Source: an uncultured Gemmataceae bacterium
GTDB lineage: Bacteria > Planctomycetota > Planctomycetia > Gemmatales > Gemmataceae
Length of the DNA stretch: 64,000 nucleotides
NCBI GenBank assembly: GCA_963750165.1
Contig: CAVVPN010000011.1
Location: forward strand, 1,152,001-1,216,000
Direction: 5' to 3'
The notes under the pieces are model-generated. The model worked only from the letters and a program-made list of their open reading frames with translations, did no database searches and had not been told where the DNA came from. Shown piece after piece: positions 21,803 to 33,127 of the stretch. The number at the start of each line of letters is the position of its first letter. The first letter of the stretch is position 1. The position numbers were made by a program, and so were the translations under genes.

Positions 21803-22966
21803 ATGACGGCAGACCCACGCGATCAGAATCCGATTGGCACGGTCCACGGCTGTCCGGCCGGGGCGGACCACGACCGCGAAGTCCCCGAAATCGACCTGCT
21901 CAGCCCGCTGACGATCCGCGGTGTCACCTTGAGCAATCGGATCGTGATGTCACCGATGTGTCAGTACAGCGCCGACGACGGACTGGCTAACGACTGGCAC
22001 CTTGTCCACCTTGGCAGCCGAGCCGCCGGGGGAGTTGGGCTCGTCATGGTGGAGGCGACCGCCGTTACTGCCGAGGGTCGGATTACCCCCAGGGACATGG
22101 GCATCTGGGGCGAGCAACACGTCGAACCCCTGGCGCGGATCGCCCGCTTCGTCCACTCCCAGGGGGCCATCGCCGGCATTCAGCTGGCCCACGCGGGCCG
22201 CAAGGCGAGCTGCGAACCACCCTGGTTGGGCGGGGCACGCCTGAAGACACCCGCGGCCGGCGGCTGGACCGTGGTGGGCCCCAGTCCGATCCCGTTCAAC
22301 GATGGCGATCCGCCGCCGGTCGAACTGGACGAAGCCGGGATCAGCGGCGTGGTCAGCGCCTTCGAGAACGCCGTCCGCCGCGCGTTGACCGCGGGCTTCC
22401 AGCTCATTGAGGTACACGCCGCCCACGGCTACTTGCTGCACGAGTTTTTGTCCCCGTTGAGCAACCGGCGCACGGATCAATACGGCGGCAGTCTGGACAA
22501 CCGTATGCGGCTCACACTTCGAGTCTGTGAGCGGGTCCGAGCACTGGTCCCCGCCGAGTTGCCGGTTTTTGTGCGGATTTCAGCTACCGACTGGGTTGAG
22601 GGAGGCTGGGATGCCGAGCAGTCCGTGATTCTGGCCCAACGTCTCAAGGATGTGCGAATCGACCTGATCGATGTCTCCTCTGGCGCGCTGACGCCGAAGG
22701 CGCGCATTCCCGTCGGCAAGGGCTATCAGGTGCCGTTCGCGCGGCGCATCCGCGACGAGGCCAGGATCATGACGGGGGCTGTCGGGCTAATCACCGAAGC
22801 CGGGTACGCCAACGAAATCATCACCGGCGGCGATGCCGATCTGGTATTCATCGCCCGCGAACTGTTGCGTGAGCCGTACTGGGCGATCAAAGCCCAGTCC
22901 GAGTTGGGCAAAGAGCCCTCGTGGCCGGTCCAGTACGGATACGCCGTCAAGCGACGAGCAAGGTAA
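21803..22966 (+). CDS. NADH:flavin oxidoreductase (old yellow enzyme, YqjM/NamA-like)
   Basis: [55 protein letters not shown]. Confidence 0.92.
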   Translation: MTADPRDQNPIGTVHGCPAGADHDREVPEIDLLSPLTIRGVTLSNRIVMSPMCQYSADDGLANDWHLVHLGSRAAGGVGLVMVEATAVTAEGRITPRDMGIWGEQHVEPLARIARFVHSQGAIAGIQLAHAGRKASCEPPWLGGARLKTPAAGGWTVVGPSPIPFNDGDPPPVELDEAGISGVVSAFENAVRRALTAGFQLIEVHAAHGYLLHEFLSPLSNRRTDQYGGSLDNRMRLTLRVCERVRALVPAELPVFVRISATDWVEGGWDAEQSVILAQRLKDVRIDLIDVSSGALTPKARIPVGKGYQVPFARRIRDEARIMTGAVGLITEAGYANEIITGGDADLVFIARELLREPYWAIKAQSELGKEPSWPVQYGYAVKRRAR

Positions 22967-22982
22967 CACGAAAGGATTGGCG

Positions 22983-23205
22983 ATGACTGCCACCCGAGCT
23001 GAGCACGACAGCCTCGGCCCGGTTAATGTCCCGGCCGACAAGCTCTGGGGGGCGCAGACGCAGCGGTCCCTGGAGCATTTCAGCATCGGCGATGATCTCA
23101 TCCCCCGGGAGATGATCCCCGCCTATGCGCTTGTCAAGAAAGCCGCCGCGCTGGTCAACCACAAGGCCGGCCGGCTCGGCGACCCCCAGAAGAACCTGAT
23201 TGTAA
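22983..23205 (+). pseudogene. fumC: 5' fragment (~74 codons) of class II fumarate hydratase
   Basis: [36 protein letters not shown]...VKKAAALVN. Similarity stops at KNLIV and the malic enzyme gene starts ~50 nt later. Confidence 0.8.
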
Positions 23206-23257
23206 CTGAACGGTCCATTGTTGAACGGAGTCCACTAACCCTGAGGAGAAGTATTTC

Positions 23258-24969
23258 ATGGCTAACACAACTTCGGTTCGTGGCAAGCGCAGCCCGGAAA
23301 CCAACACCCCTGAGAAGAAAAAGCCCGCGGCCGATGTCACCACCGTCGGCGGCAAGCGCGGCATCGACCTCCTGCACGATCCCGTGCTCAACAAGGCCAC
23401 CGCCTACACCGAGGCGGAGCGTCAGGCCTTCGGCCTGGTGGGGCTGGTCCCGGACGCGATCGAGTCGGCGGATCTCCAGCTCCGCCGGGTTCTGCAGCAA
23501 CTTGGGCACAAGAACACTGACCTGGAACGCTACATTTACCTGGCCAGCCTGCTGGACAATGACGAAACCCTCTTCTACCGCACGGTGATGTCGGACCCGG
23601 CGCGGTTCCTGCCCATCGTGTACGACCCGACCATCGGCGAAGCCTGCCTGAAATTCGGCCACATCTACCGCCGGGCGCACGGCCTGTACCTGTCGATCGC
23701 GCCAAGGGACACGTCAAGGAGGTGCTGCGCAACTGGCCGGTCAAGGACGTGCGGACCATCTGCGTGACCGACGGCGGCCGCATCCTCGGCCTGGGCGACC
23801 TGGGCGCCAACGGCATGGGCATCCCCATCGGCAAACTCCAGCTCTACACGGCCTGCGCCGGCGTGCCGCCGCACGGTCTGCTGCCGATGTACCTCGACGC
23901 CGGCACCAATAACCAGACCTATCTCAATGACCCGCTCTACCTCGGACTGCGCCGGCCGCGTCCCACGACCGAGGAACTGTACGCCTTTGTGGACGAGTTC
24001 GTCGCGGCGGTGCAGGAGGCGTTCCCGCTCTGTTGCATCCATTTCGAAGACTGGACGGGCAGCGATGCGGTCCACCTGCTGGCGCGCTACCGCGACAAGG
24101 TGTGCTGCTACAACGACGACATTCAAGGTACGGGCAGTGTGACGCTCGCCGGGTTGCTCGCCGCCCTCAAGGTCACTGGCGGCAGGGTCCGCGACCAGCG
24201 CATCCTCTTCCTCGGTGCCGGTTCCGCCGCCATCGGCCTCGCCGGCCTGATCACCGCCGCCGCGGTGCAGGACGGACTGTCCCTCCGCGAGGCGCAGGCA
24301 CGCATCTCGATGTTCGATATCAACGGCCTGCTTGAGCCGAGCCGCAAGGACCTGTTCGACTTCCAGAAGCCGTACGCCCACCCGCACGCGCCGACCCGGG
24401 ATTTCGTCGCCGCCATCGAGTCCATCAAGCCGACGGCAATCATCGGCGTCAGCACGGTGGGCAATACCTTCACCCGGCCGGTCATCGAAGCGATGTCCCG
24501 ACTCAACGACCGGCCCATCATCTTCGCGCTCTCGAACCCCACCGAGCACGCGGAGTGTACCCCCGAGGCGGCGTACGAGTGGTCCAGGGGCAAGGCGCTG
24601 TACGCGGCCGGGGTTCAGTTCCCGCCGGTGTCCTACGGCGGACGGACGTTCCTGCCGGGGCAGGCCAACAATTTCTACATCTTCCCCGCAGTCGGCATGG
24701 CCATTTACGCCACGCAGACCAGGCGCGTGACCGACGAAATGTTCATCGCGGCGGCACACGCCCTCGCGGATCAGGTGACGCCCGCGCAGCTGGAGCAAGG
24801 ACTGCTCTATCCGCCGCCGTCGGACATCCTGGAAACCGAGATCAAGGTGGCCGCTCGCGTGGCCCAGGTGGTGTTCGACAGTAACCTTGCCCGCGTTGCG
24901 CGCCCGAAGGACTGCGAGGCGTTCATTCGCAGCCAGGTTTACAAGCCGGAGTACCACAGTCTCCCGTAG
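23258..24969 (+). CDS. NAD-dependent malic enzyme; frameshift at ~23702
   Basis: [67 protein letters not shown]. Confidence 0.92.
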
Positions 24970-25032
24970 TGGGTCGGAGCCCGAGCGGTTGGGTTCGCGG
25001 GAAACGTTCATCGACGGGTGGGGGAGGTGGGC

Positions 25033-25479
25033 ATGGCCGTTTTCGAGCGCACGCTGTTGTTGCCCCGACCGGTCGCCACGGTGTTCGCGCTGCTGCTGGA
25101 CCCGCAGCGCACGCTGGCCCTGGCGCCGCCGGAATTACACCTGCGGTTGGTCGAGGCTCCCGACCGCCTGGCGCTGGGCAGCCGCATCGTCCGCGCCGGC
25201 CGCCGCTGGGGCCTGCCGCAGCGCGTCGACAGCGAAATCACCGCCCTGGAGGCGGACGCACTGCTGGTCGAGACGCAGGTGCAGGGGCCGTTCCGTCGCT
25301 GGGTTCACGCCAGTCACCTCACCGCGACCGAGGCTGACGGTTGTGCGCTGCGTGAGTGCGTCGAGTTCGAGCCGCCGGGCGGCATGCTCGGGCTGACGGT
25401 GACGGAGCGGTTCCTGCTCAAAGACCTGGAATGGCTGTTCGACTTCCGGCACGGAAAACTGCGCGAGTTACTGGACTGA
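25033..25479 (+). CDS. SRPBCC/polyketide cyclase-like protein
   Basis: VETQVQGPFRRWVH, FDFRH; RBS GGAGG. Confidence 0.75.
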   Translation: MAVFERTLLLPRPVATVFALLLDPQRTLALAPPELHLRLVEAPDRLALGSRIVRAGRRWGLPQRVDSEITALEADALLVETQVQGPFRRWVHASHLTATEADGCALRECVEFEPPGGMLGLTVTERFLLKDLEWLFDFRHGKLRELLD

Positions 25480-25579
25480 CGGGCATGGCGCACACGCTGC
25501 CGTTCCTCTCTACAATGGCTGTCGGCCCCGTTCGCCGTGACGACCCCACGGCCGACACCAACTTCGAGAGGATGCGCAC

Positions 25580-27697
25580 ATGCGTCGTTCGTTGTTCCCA
25601 GGCCTGCTCGGCCTGGTCCTGCTGGCGCTGGTCGGCGGCGTGCCGGCCCAGCAGCCCGACCTGAAACCGCCCGTCGCCAAAAAAGTGCCGCGGGTCTTTG
25701 AACTCCACGGCGAAAAGCTCGTCGATAATTACTACTGGATGCGTGACAAGAAGAGCCCCGAGGTCATCAAGTACCTGGAGGCCGAGAACGCCTACACCGC
25801 GGCGGTCATGAAGCCGACCGAGAAGCTGCAGGAAAAGCTCTACCGCGAATTCCTCAGCCATATCCAGCAGACCGACCTGAGTGTGCCGGTCTTCGATCAC
25901 GGCTACTGGTACTACGGTCGCACCGAGGAGGGCAAGCAATACCCCATCTACTGCCGCAAGAAGGGCAGCCTCGACGACAGGGAAGAGGTGTTCCTCGACG
26001 TGAACGAGCTGGCGAAGGGCCACAAGTTCTACAACGTGAGCGCCCGCACCATCAGCGACGACGGTCACCTGCTCGCCTACACCGAGGACACCACCGGCTT
26101 CCGCAAGTACACCCTGCGCGTCAAGGATCTGCGCACCGGCAAACTGCTCGCCGACCAACTCAGCCCCGTGGATACCGTCGTCTGGGCCGCCGACAGCAAG
26201 ACGCTGTTCTACGTCAAGGAGGACGACGCCCACCGGCCCTACCGCCTCTATCGCCACACCCTCGGCGAACCGCAGGCGAAGGACACCCTGCTGCACGACG
26301 AAAAGGATGATCTTTACAACATCGACGTCAGCCGGTCGCGCGACCGTGCGTACATTTTCCTGGGGATCGCCAGTTCGACGACCACGGAGGTGCGCTACCT
26401 CAAGCGCGACCAGCCCGGTGGTGTCCTGAAAACCATCATGCCGCGCGTGGACGACCACCGCTACGACGTGGCGCACCGTGACGGCCTGTTCTACATCCGC
26501 ACCAACAAGAACGCCAAGAATTTCCGCCTGGTCACCGCGCCCGTGGCGACGCCTGGGCCGAAACACTGGACCGAACTCATTCCGCACCGGCCCGAGGTGC
26601 TGCTCGACGACGTCGGCGCCTTCGCCAGCCACCTCATCCTGGCAGAGCGCGCCAACGGCCTGGACCGCCTGGTCGTCTTCATCCCCGAGACGAAGCAGCG
26701 CACCGAGATCGCCTTCGACGAGCCGACCTACGCCCTGGCCGGCAGTGCCAATCCGGAGTTCAAGACCACGAAATATCGCTTTACTTACCAGTCCTTCCTG
26801 ACGCCGAACTCCGTCTACGAATACGACGTGGCCACCGGCAAACGGCGACTGCTCAAGCAGACGAAGGTGCTCGGCGGCTACGACCCCAAGCAGTACCAGG
26901 CCGAGCGCATCTGGGCGACGGCGAAGGATGGCGTGAAGGTGCCCGTCAGCATCGTTTACAAGAAGGGCGTCAAACGGGACGGCACGGCACCGCTGCTGCT
27001 GTACGGCTACGGGGCCTACGGCGCGACCAATCCGGCGCGGTTCAGCGAAGCGCGGCTGAGCCTGCTGGACCGCGGCGTCGTGTACGCCATCGCCCACATT
27101 CGCGGCGGCGGCGAGATGGGCGAACCGTGGCACGACGCCGGCAAGATGCTGCAGAAGAAGAACAGCTTCACCGACTTCATCGCCTGCGTCGATCACCTGA
27201 TCGCCCAGAAGTACACGAGCCGCAAACGGCTGGCGATCCAGGGCGGCAGCGCCGGCGGTCTGCTCATGGGCGGCGTGCTGACGCTGCGGCCGGACGTGGC
27301 CGCGGTCGCCGTGCTGGAGGTGCCGTTCGTCGATGTCATCAACACCATGCTCGACGAGACGCTGCCGTTGACGGTGCCGGAGTTCCTGGAGTGGGGCAAC
27401 CCGAAAAAACTGGAAGAATATCAGTACATGAAGTCGTACTGTCCCTACACCAACCTGCGCAAGACGGCGTACCCGGCGATGCTGGTGATGACCTCGTTCT
27501 ACGACAGCCAGGTGATGTACTGGGAGCCGGCCAAGTACGTGGCCAAACTGCGGACGGTCAAGACGGACGACCGGCCGCTGCTGTTCAAGTGCAACATGAG
27601 CGCCGGCCACGGCGGCGCCTCGGGGCGCTACGACTACCTGCGCGAACGGGCGTTCGTGTATGCGTTTCTGCTGTGGCAGCTGGGCGTGGAGAAGTGA
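25580..27697 (+). CDS. ptrB: S9A peptidase (oligopeptidase B) with signal peptide
   Basis: DNYYWMRD, YGYGAYG, HIRGGGEMG, catalytic GGSAGG, DSQV, AGHGG. Confidence 0.9.
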   Translation: MRRSLFPGLLGLVLLALVGGVPAQQPDLKPPVAKKVPRVFELHGEKLVDNYYWMRDKKSPEVIKYLEAENAYTAAVMKPTEKLQEKLYREFLSHIQQTDLSVPVFDHGYWYYGRTEEGKQYPIYCRKKGSLDDREEVFLDVNELAKGHKFYNVSARTISDDGHLLAYTEDTTGFRKYTLRVKDLRTGKLLADQLSPVDTVVWAADSKTLFYVKEDDAHRPYRLYRHTLGEPQAKDTLLHDEKDDLYNIDVSRSRDRAYIFLGIASSTTTEVRYLKRDQPGGVLKTIMPRVDDHRYDVAHRDGLFYIRTNKNAKNFRLVTAPVATPGPKHWTELIPHRPEVLLDDVGAFASHLILAERANGLDRLVVFIPETKQRTEIAFDEPTYALAGSANPEFKTTKYRFTYQSFLTPNSVYEYDVATGKRRLLKQTKVLGGYDPKQYQAERIWATAKDGVKVPVSIVYKKGVKRDGTAPLLLYGYGAYGATNPARFSEARLSLLDRGVVYAIAHIRGGGEMGEPWHDAGKMLQKKNSFTDFIACVDHLIAQKYTSRKRLAIQGGSAGGLLMGGVLTLRPDVAAVAVLEVPFVDVINTMLDETLPLTVPEFLEWGNPKKLEEYQYMKSYCPYTNLRKTAYPAMLVMTSFYDSQVMYWEPAKYVAKLRTVKTDDRPLLFKCNMSAGHGGASGRYDYLRERAFVYAFLLWQLGVEK

Positions 27698-27703
27698 CCT
27701 GCA

Positions 27704-27746
27704 GAGCCCGAGCGCCAGCGAGGATCCCTTGCTGGCGCTCGGGCTC
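27704..27746. repeat. REP-like hairpin / possible terminator
   Basis: GAGCCCGAGCGCCAGC ... GCTGGCGCTCGGGCTC inverted repeat just after ptrB. Confidence 0.7.
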
Positions 27747-27773
27747 GGATCGAGGAACCCAAGGAGTTGCGTT

Positions 27774-28853
27774 ATGGTGTGCAGAAGCATGGCGGGCCTG
27801 CTGGCGCTCGGGCTGCTGGCCGGCCTGGCGGCGCTGGCGACGGGCGAGCAGGGCGGCCAGAAGACGAAGGACGTCTGGACCGACCCGAAGGATCAAACAC
27901 TGCCCGAGGACTTCAAGGTTCAGGGCGAGTACACGGGCGATGGCGGCGCCCCGGGCTGCCAGGTGATCGCGCTGGGCAACGGCAAGTTCCAGGCCGTCCT
28001 CTACCAGGGCGGCCTGCCGGGCGCCGGCTGGAACGGCAAGGATCGCAGCCTGCTGGACGGCGCACTCGCGAACGACAAGGCCGTTTTCACGGCGGCGACC
28101 GGCAAGCGGAAATATTTGGCCCAGAAGCCCGACGAATTCTCCGCGACCCAGAAGTTCCCGCCTGTCGGCCAGAAGGACTATCAGGCGACCGTCCGCGGCG
28201 ACAGCATGACCCTCGAATCGCCGGACGGTCGGCTGATCACGATGAAGAAGGTGACACGCCGCAGCCCGACCCTGGGCAAGCAGGCTCCCGACGGGGCGCT
28301 GGTGCTGTTCAATGGCAAGGACACCAAGGAGTTCAACGGCGGCCGGCTCGACGCGAAGACCGGCCTGCTCAACACCGACGGCAAGGACATCACCACCAAG
28401 CGCAAGTTCCAGAACTACACCGTCCACCTCGAATTCCTGCTGCCGTTCCGGCCGGACGCGCGCGGCCAGGGCCGCGGCAACAGCGGCTTTTACATGGTCG
28501 ATCTGTACGAGGTGCAAATTCTCGACTCGTTCGGCCTGGAGGGCCTGAATAACGAGTGCGGCGGCGTCTACACCCGCCTCACCCCGAAGGTGAATGCGTG
28601 CCTGCCGCCATTGCAATGGCAGACGTATGACATCGACTTCACCAGCGCCACGGTGGACGACAAGGGCAAGAAGGTCAGGAACGCGCGGATCACGGCGAAG
28701 CTGAACGGCATCGTCATCTACGACAACGTGGAGATCCCCGGCACGACCGGCGGCGCCCGTAACGAGCCGGAGGGCACGCCCGGCGTGCTGCGGTTGCAGG
28801 GCCACGGCAACCCGCTCCAGTTCCGCAACATGTGGATTTTGGAGAAGAAATAG
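27774..28853 (+). CDS. DUF1080 (3-keto-glycoside hydrolase-like) secreted protein
   Basis: Signal peptide; LFNGKD, GNSGFY, YEVQILDS, WQTYDI, LQGHGNPLQFRNMWI. Confidence 0.87.
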   Translation: MVCRSMAGLLALGLLAGLAALATGEQGGQKTKDVWTDPKDQTLPEDFKVQGEYTGDGGAPGCQVIALGNGKFQAVLYQGGLPGAGWNGKDRSLLDGALANDKAVFTAATGKRKYLAQKPDEFSATQKFPPVGQKDYQATVRGDSMTLESPDGRLITMKKVTRRSPTLGKQAPDGALVLFNGKDTKEFNGGRLDAKTGLLNTDGKDITTKRKFQNYTVHLEFLLPFRPDARGQGRGNSGFYMVDLYEVQILDSFGLEGLNNECGGVYTRLTPKVNACLPPLQWQTYDIDFTSATVDDKGKKVRNARITAKLNGIVIYDNVEIPGTTGGARNEPEGTPGVLRLQGHGNPLQFRNMWILEKK

Positions 28854-28863
28854 GCGCCGGATT

Positions 28864-28948
28864 TGGCGAGCGGCGCGGCGTCAGCCCGCCGTGCTGCGCA
28901 GTTCCAAGCAGCGCACAGCACGGCGGGCTGACGCCGCGCCGCTCGCCA
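28864..28948. repeat. REP-like 33-bp perfect inverted repeat
   Basis: TGGCGAGCGGCGCGGCGTCAGCCCGCCGTGCTG and its reverse complement; second family member at 36721-36783. Confidence 0.85.
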
Positions 28949-29025
28949 TTCAATTGAAAAGCCCGCCGCCATCGCGTACTCTTGGGACCAGAAAGCAAGC
29001 TCATGGTCCCAGAAGGAGCGCACCC

Positions 29026-32000
29026 ATGCGAAGGTTCGTGATGGCGATTCTGACGGCGGTGCTGGTGGGCGTGTGCGGGCTGCCCGCGGCACAGGCCGGT
29101 GACAAACCGGTGCGGGCGTTGTTCGTGCTGGCCGGCAGCGGCGGCCACAACATCGAAGTCAACACTCCCCCATTGTTCAAGATGATTGAGCAGGTCGGCG
29201 GCATCAAGGTGACGCTGCTGGCGCCGCCGAAGGGCAAGCCCGGCGACACCGCTCACATCGCCAAACTCGCGGAGCTGAAGCCGGGCGATATCGACGTGCT
29301 CGTCTTCTACACGGTGGGCGGCAAACTGGAGCCGGCGGCGGAGCAGGCGCTGCAAAAGTTCGTCGAGGCGGGCGGCGGCCTGGTCGCCATCCACGGCGCC
29401 ACGGCCAGCTTCGGCGGCAGCAAGACGTGGTTCAATCTCGTCGGCGCCCGCTTCGCCGGCCACGCCCCGGGCACCTACAACCTGGTCATCGACATCACCG
29501 ACAAGAAGCACCCCATCACCACCGGCGTGGCCGCCTTCCCGGTCAACGACGAGGAGTACACGTACAAGTTCGCCGAGGGCGTCAAGCGTCACGTCATCGC
29601 GCGCTTCAAGGAGCGGCCGCCGAAGTCGAAGGAAAAGACCAACAACGACGTGCTCTGGACCATTGAGGTCGGCAAGGGCCGCGTTTTCCACTGCGGCCTG
29701 GGCCACGATGTCAAGGCGTGGAGCACGCCGGAGTTTCAGAAGCTGATCCTGCAGGGCATCCACTGGGCGGCCGGCCGGCCGCAGCGCGTGAAGCTGTCGG
29801 CGGCCCGCGTGGACGCATACGGCCAACCGCTGCCCACCGGCGCCATCGCCCGCCTGGGTACGGGGCTGTTCCGCCTCCCCGGGCCGGTGCTGTTCCTCGC
29901 CCACGCCGGGCCGCAGCTCCTGGTCGCCGCCACCCGCGACGGCGATGTGCGGTTGTGGGACCTGGCCGCGGCGAAGGAGTCGCGCCGCTGGAAACTACCC
30001 ACGTCGCGCAACCTCTTCGAGCCGGGCGTGGGCAGCCCGTCACTGGCGCTGTCCGGCGACGGCACGACGATGATCTGGCGCGACGAGAAAGGGAATCTGG
30101 TCGTCGCCGACGTGGTCAGCGGCAAGGAACTGCGCCGCTGGACGCCCCAGGAACTGGAGGCCAAATTCAAGTCGGATGGCCGGGGCACGCCCACGCTGTC
30201 GCTGTCGGGGGACGGCAAACTGCTGGTCCTCGCCGAGCTGAGCAACGCCCGCTTCGGCACCGCCGGGCGGCAGGTGGGCGTCTGGCGGGTTGCCTCCGGC
30301 GATTTCGTCGGCGTGATGAAGGTGGATAAGAACCTGTCGCTGACGGCCTGCGACCTGGCCGACGACAACGGCACGCTCGCGACCCTGGAGGGCACCCCCG
30401 AGGGCATCAAGGAAAAGAAAGGACCGGACGAGGCGGTGGTGCGGCTGTGGAACGTCGCCACCGGCCAGGAACTCCGCCACTTCGCGGTGGGCAAGGACCG
30501 CTCGCGCGGCCTGCGCTTCGCCCCGGGCGGCAAGACCCTGGCCGTGGTGTTCGACAACTCGGTGCGGTTGTTCGATGCCGCGACCGGCAAGGAACAGCGC
30601 GTCTTCACCCTGGACGGCGACACGCTGCGCGGCGTGGCGTTCGCGCCGGACGGCACGCGGCTGTTCGGCCACGGCGAGCGGCAGGTGATCGTGTGGGACA
30701 CGAAGGACGGCAAGGAACAGCGCCGCTTCACGCTGGACGCGCCCACGGAGGACAGGCGCTCCGGCAAGCAGCTGCTGGCGCCTGTGGCGCTGGCACAGGA
30801 CGGCAAGACGCTGGCCGTGGGCTCAGGGGCCGGCTTCCGCCGCTGGGACGTGGCGAGCGGCAAGGAACTCAAGCAGCCGGACGGGCACCACAATTTCGTC
30901 GCCGCGCTGGCCTTCGCGCCGCAGGGCGACCGGGTGTTGTCGGCGACAACGGACTCGCCGGTGCGTCTCTGGGACGCGGCCACGGGGCGGCTGGTGCGGC
31001 AGTTCGACTTCCCGGCCGACGAGGGGCCTCAGCAGCGGGGTTTTCTCACGGAACTGACCAGGATGCTTATCAGTCCAGTGCATGTGGCGTTCGCGCCGGA
31101 CGGCCAGACGGTGGCCGCCCTGAAGCGCGGCCAGGCGCTGCAGCGCTGGGACGCCGGCACTGGCAAACGGCTGCCGGCGTGGGCGAACGCGCCCAGGGGC
31201 TAACGGGGTTCGCCTACGCGCCGGACGGCAAGACGGTGGCTCTGATCGGCGTGGACGGCGTGCTGCGACTGGTGCGGGCGGACAGCGGCAAGGCCGTGCA
31301 GCAAATGACCTGGATCGCAGGCAAGAAGGACCCGGACGGCGGCGGACGCGTGGAGGAGGTGTTCGGGGCCACGGGCTTCACGGCGGACGGCCGCACGGTG
31401 CTGGCGGCCGGCTTCGCGGCCATCAACAACGGACTGGGTTCAGCGATTCAGTTCTTCGAGGTGGCGACGGGCCGGCCGCGGTTTCAGCACGAGTTCAAGA
31501 TGAGCGCCGGTGGCGGGGGGCTGGACGAACTGGACCAGTTCCGGGCCATTGACGAGGTGATCCTGGCCGCCACGCCGTCGCCGGCGGGCCGCCGGGTGGT
31601 GACCGCTGGCTTCCTGAACTTCCGGCTGTGGGAACCGGGAGCCTCGAAGGAGGCCCGGCTGTTCGGCGGCCGGGACGTGCTGCCGTGGACGGTGGCGTTT
31701 TCGCCGGACGGCCAGTGGCTGCTGGCGGGACGGAAGAACGGAGCACTGCGCGTCTGGGACGTGCGGACGACCGCGGTGCTGGCCGACCTGCCGCTGCACG
31801 ACGGGGCGATCACGGCGCTGACCTTTTCGGCGGACGGCAAGCGACTGGCGACCGGCTCCGCGGACACGACGGGGTTGGTCTGGGACTGGGCGTATCTGCG
31901 CACGCAGGTGCTGGCGGCCAAGCCCACGACCGCGTCGCCGGCGCAGCTGGAGGCGCTGTGGCAGGGCCTGGCCGGCGAGGACGCCGCCCAGGCGAACCGC

Positions 32001-32441
32001 GCCCAGGTGACCCTGCGAACGACGCCGGCGAAAACGGTGGCGTTCCTGAAGGCGAAGTTGAAGCCGGTGCCGCCGGTGGACCCGGCCCGGCTGGAGAAGC
32101 TGTTGACGGATTTGGACAGCAAGCAATTCGCGGTGCGCCAGCAGGCGACGAAGGAGCTGGAAAAGCTCGGCGACCTGGCGGCGGCGGCGCTCGAGAAGCA
32201 GCTGGAGGGGAAGTTGCCGCTGGAAGTGCAGCGGCGTGTCGAGGCGCTGCGCGACAAGTTGCAGGGGCCGCTGGGGCCGGGGCCGGTGCTGCAGGCGCTG
32301 CGGGCAGTGGAGGTGCTGGAGCACATCGACACGCCGGAAGCGCGGCAGGTGCTGGCAGCGCTGGCGGCCGGGGCGGCAGGCCATCGGCTGACCGTGGACG
32401 CGGCGGCAGCGGTGCGGCGGCTGAAGCAGAAGACGCCGTGA
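29026..32441 (+). CDS. Secreted ThuA-like domain fused to WD40 repeats and a helical C-terminal domain; frameshift at ~31190
   Basis: Signal peptide; GGGLVAIHGA, HPIT, DEEY, GKGRVFHCGLGHD; then VDAYGQPLPTGAIARLGT, many FAPDG/RLWD repeats, and LRAVEVLEHI. Confidence 0.85.
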
Positions 32442-32591
32442 GTAGGGCTTTACGCCGAAGGCGTTGCATCCTGTCACCGGGATCGCTCGCGACGAGAATA
32501 AATGGAAAGCGGCTCGTGTGTCTCCCAGGCACTGATACTGTTAAAGGTCAGAAAGCGCGTATTGTACAGAAAAACACCGAAATCTGGAACG

Positions 32592-32638
32592 GAAAAGAGG
32601 ACGTTCATGATCCCTAAAATCATGAACGTCCTCTTTTC
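32592..32638. repeat. 20-bp perfect inverted repeat
   Basis: GAAAAGAGGACGTTCATGAT-ccctaaa-ATCATGAACGTCCTCTTTTC. Confidence 0.85.
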
Positions 32639-32757
32639 TGTTGTCTGCGTGGTGGTGGGGGCCACCGCCCTGAATAAGCTCCCCGAGGCGGTCGCAACTC
32701 GATTCATGCTTCGTTGAACGCGGAACCTTACTACTAAAAAGGTTACATCGAGCAGCC

Positions 32758-32898
32758 GTCATCTATCAGGCTCTTCTCGACGGCGGCAAATTCGAGAACC
32801 GCGCCGCCCTCGCCCGTCACCTCGGCGTCAGTCGAGCTCGGGTCACACAGGTTCTGAATCGAATCAAGACTGCTCCAGCCGCTGACACCTTTGGGTAG
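32758..32898 (+). pseudogene. Startless helix-turn-helix remnant
   Basis: Hand translation VIYQALLDGGKFENRAALARHLGVSRARVTQVLNRIK; no ATG before the upstream in-frame stop at 32671. Confidence 0.55.
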
Positions 32899-33001
32899 CC
32901 GAGATTGTCAATTCGGAGACTCGCTACCAATGCATATCACGCGGAAAAAACCGCCTCTCAAGTAAACTGGACATAGCGATGATGTGTTCCGCTGGACCAA
33001 A

Positions 33002-33100
33002 GGAGGCGCCGAACAACAACTTCGTAGGACGGCTCTCCAGAGCCGTCGGGACGGCTCTGGAGAGCCGTCCTACTCTTGGAAGTTGTTGTTCGGCGCCTCC
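33002..33100. repeat. GTAG-type REP doublet enclosed by a 22-bp perfect inverted repeat
   Basis: GGAGGCGCCGAACAACAACTTC [GTAGGACGGCTCTCCAGAGCCGTC gg GACGGCTCTGGAGAGCCGTCCTAC] GAAGTTGTTGTTCGGCGCCTCC. Confidence 0.88.
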
Positions 33101-33127
33101 AAAGGGAATGAAATGGAGGTAACGCCA

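Noticed and set aside
22833..23588. 251-aa ORF as an intact gene
   Set aside because: Chimeric reading: only the fumC stub is meaningful, and the rest overlaps the OYE and malic enzyme genes out of frame.
25486..25500. Second sigma-54-like motif TGGCGCACACGCTGC before ptrB
   Set aside because: Weaker match in GC-rich DNA, and a TACAAT -10-like box nearby offers a simpler explanation.
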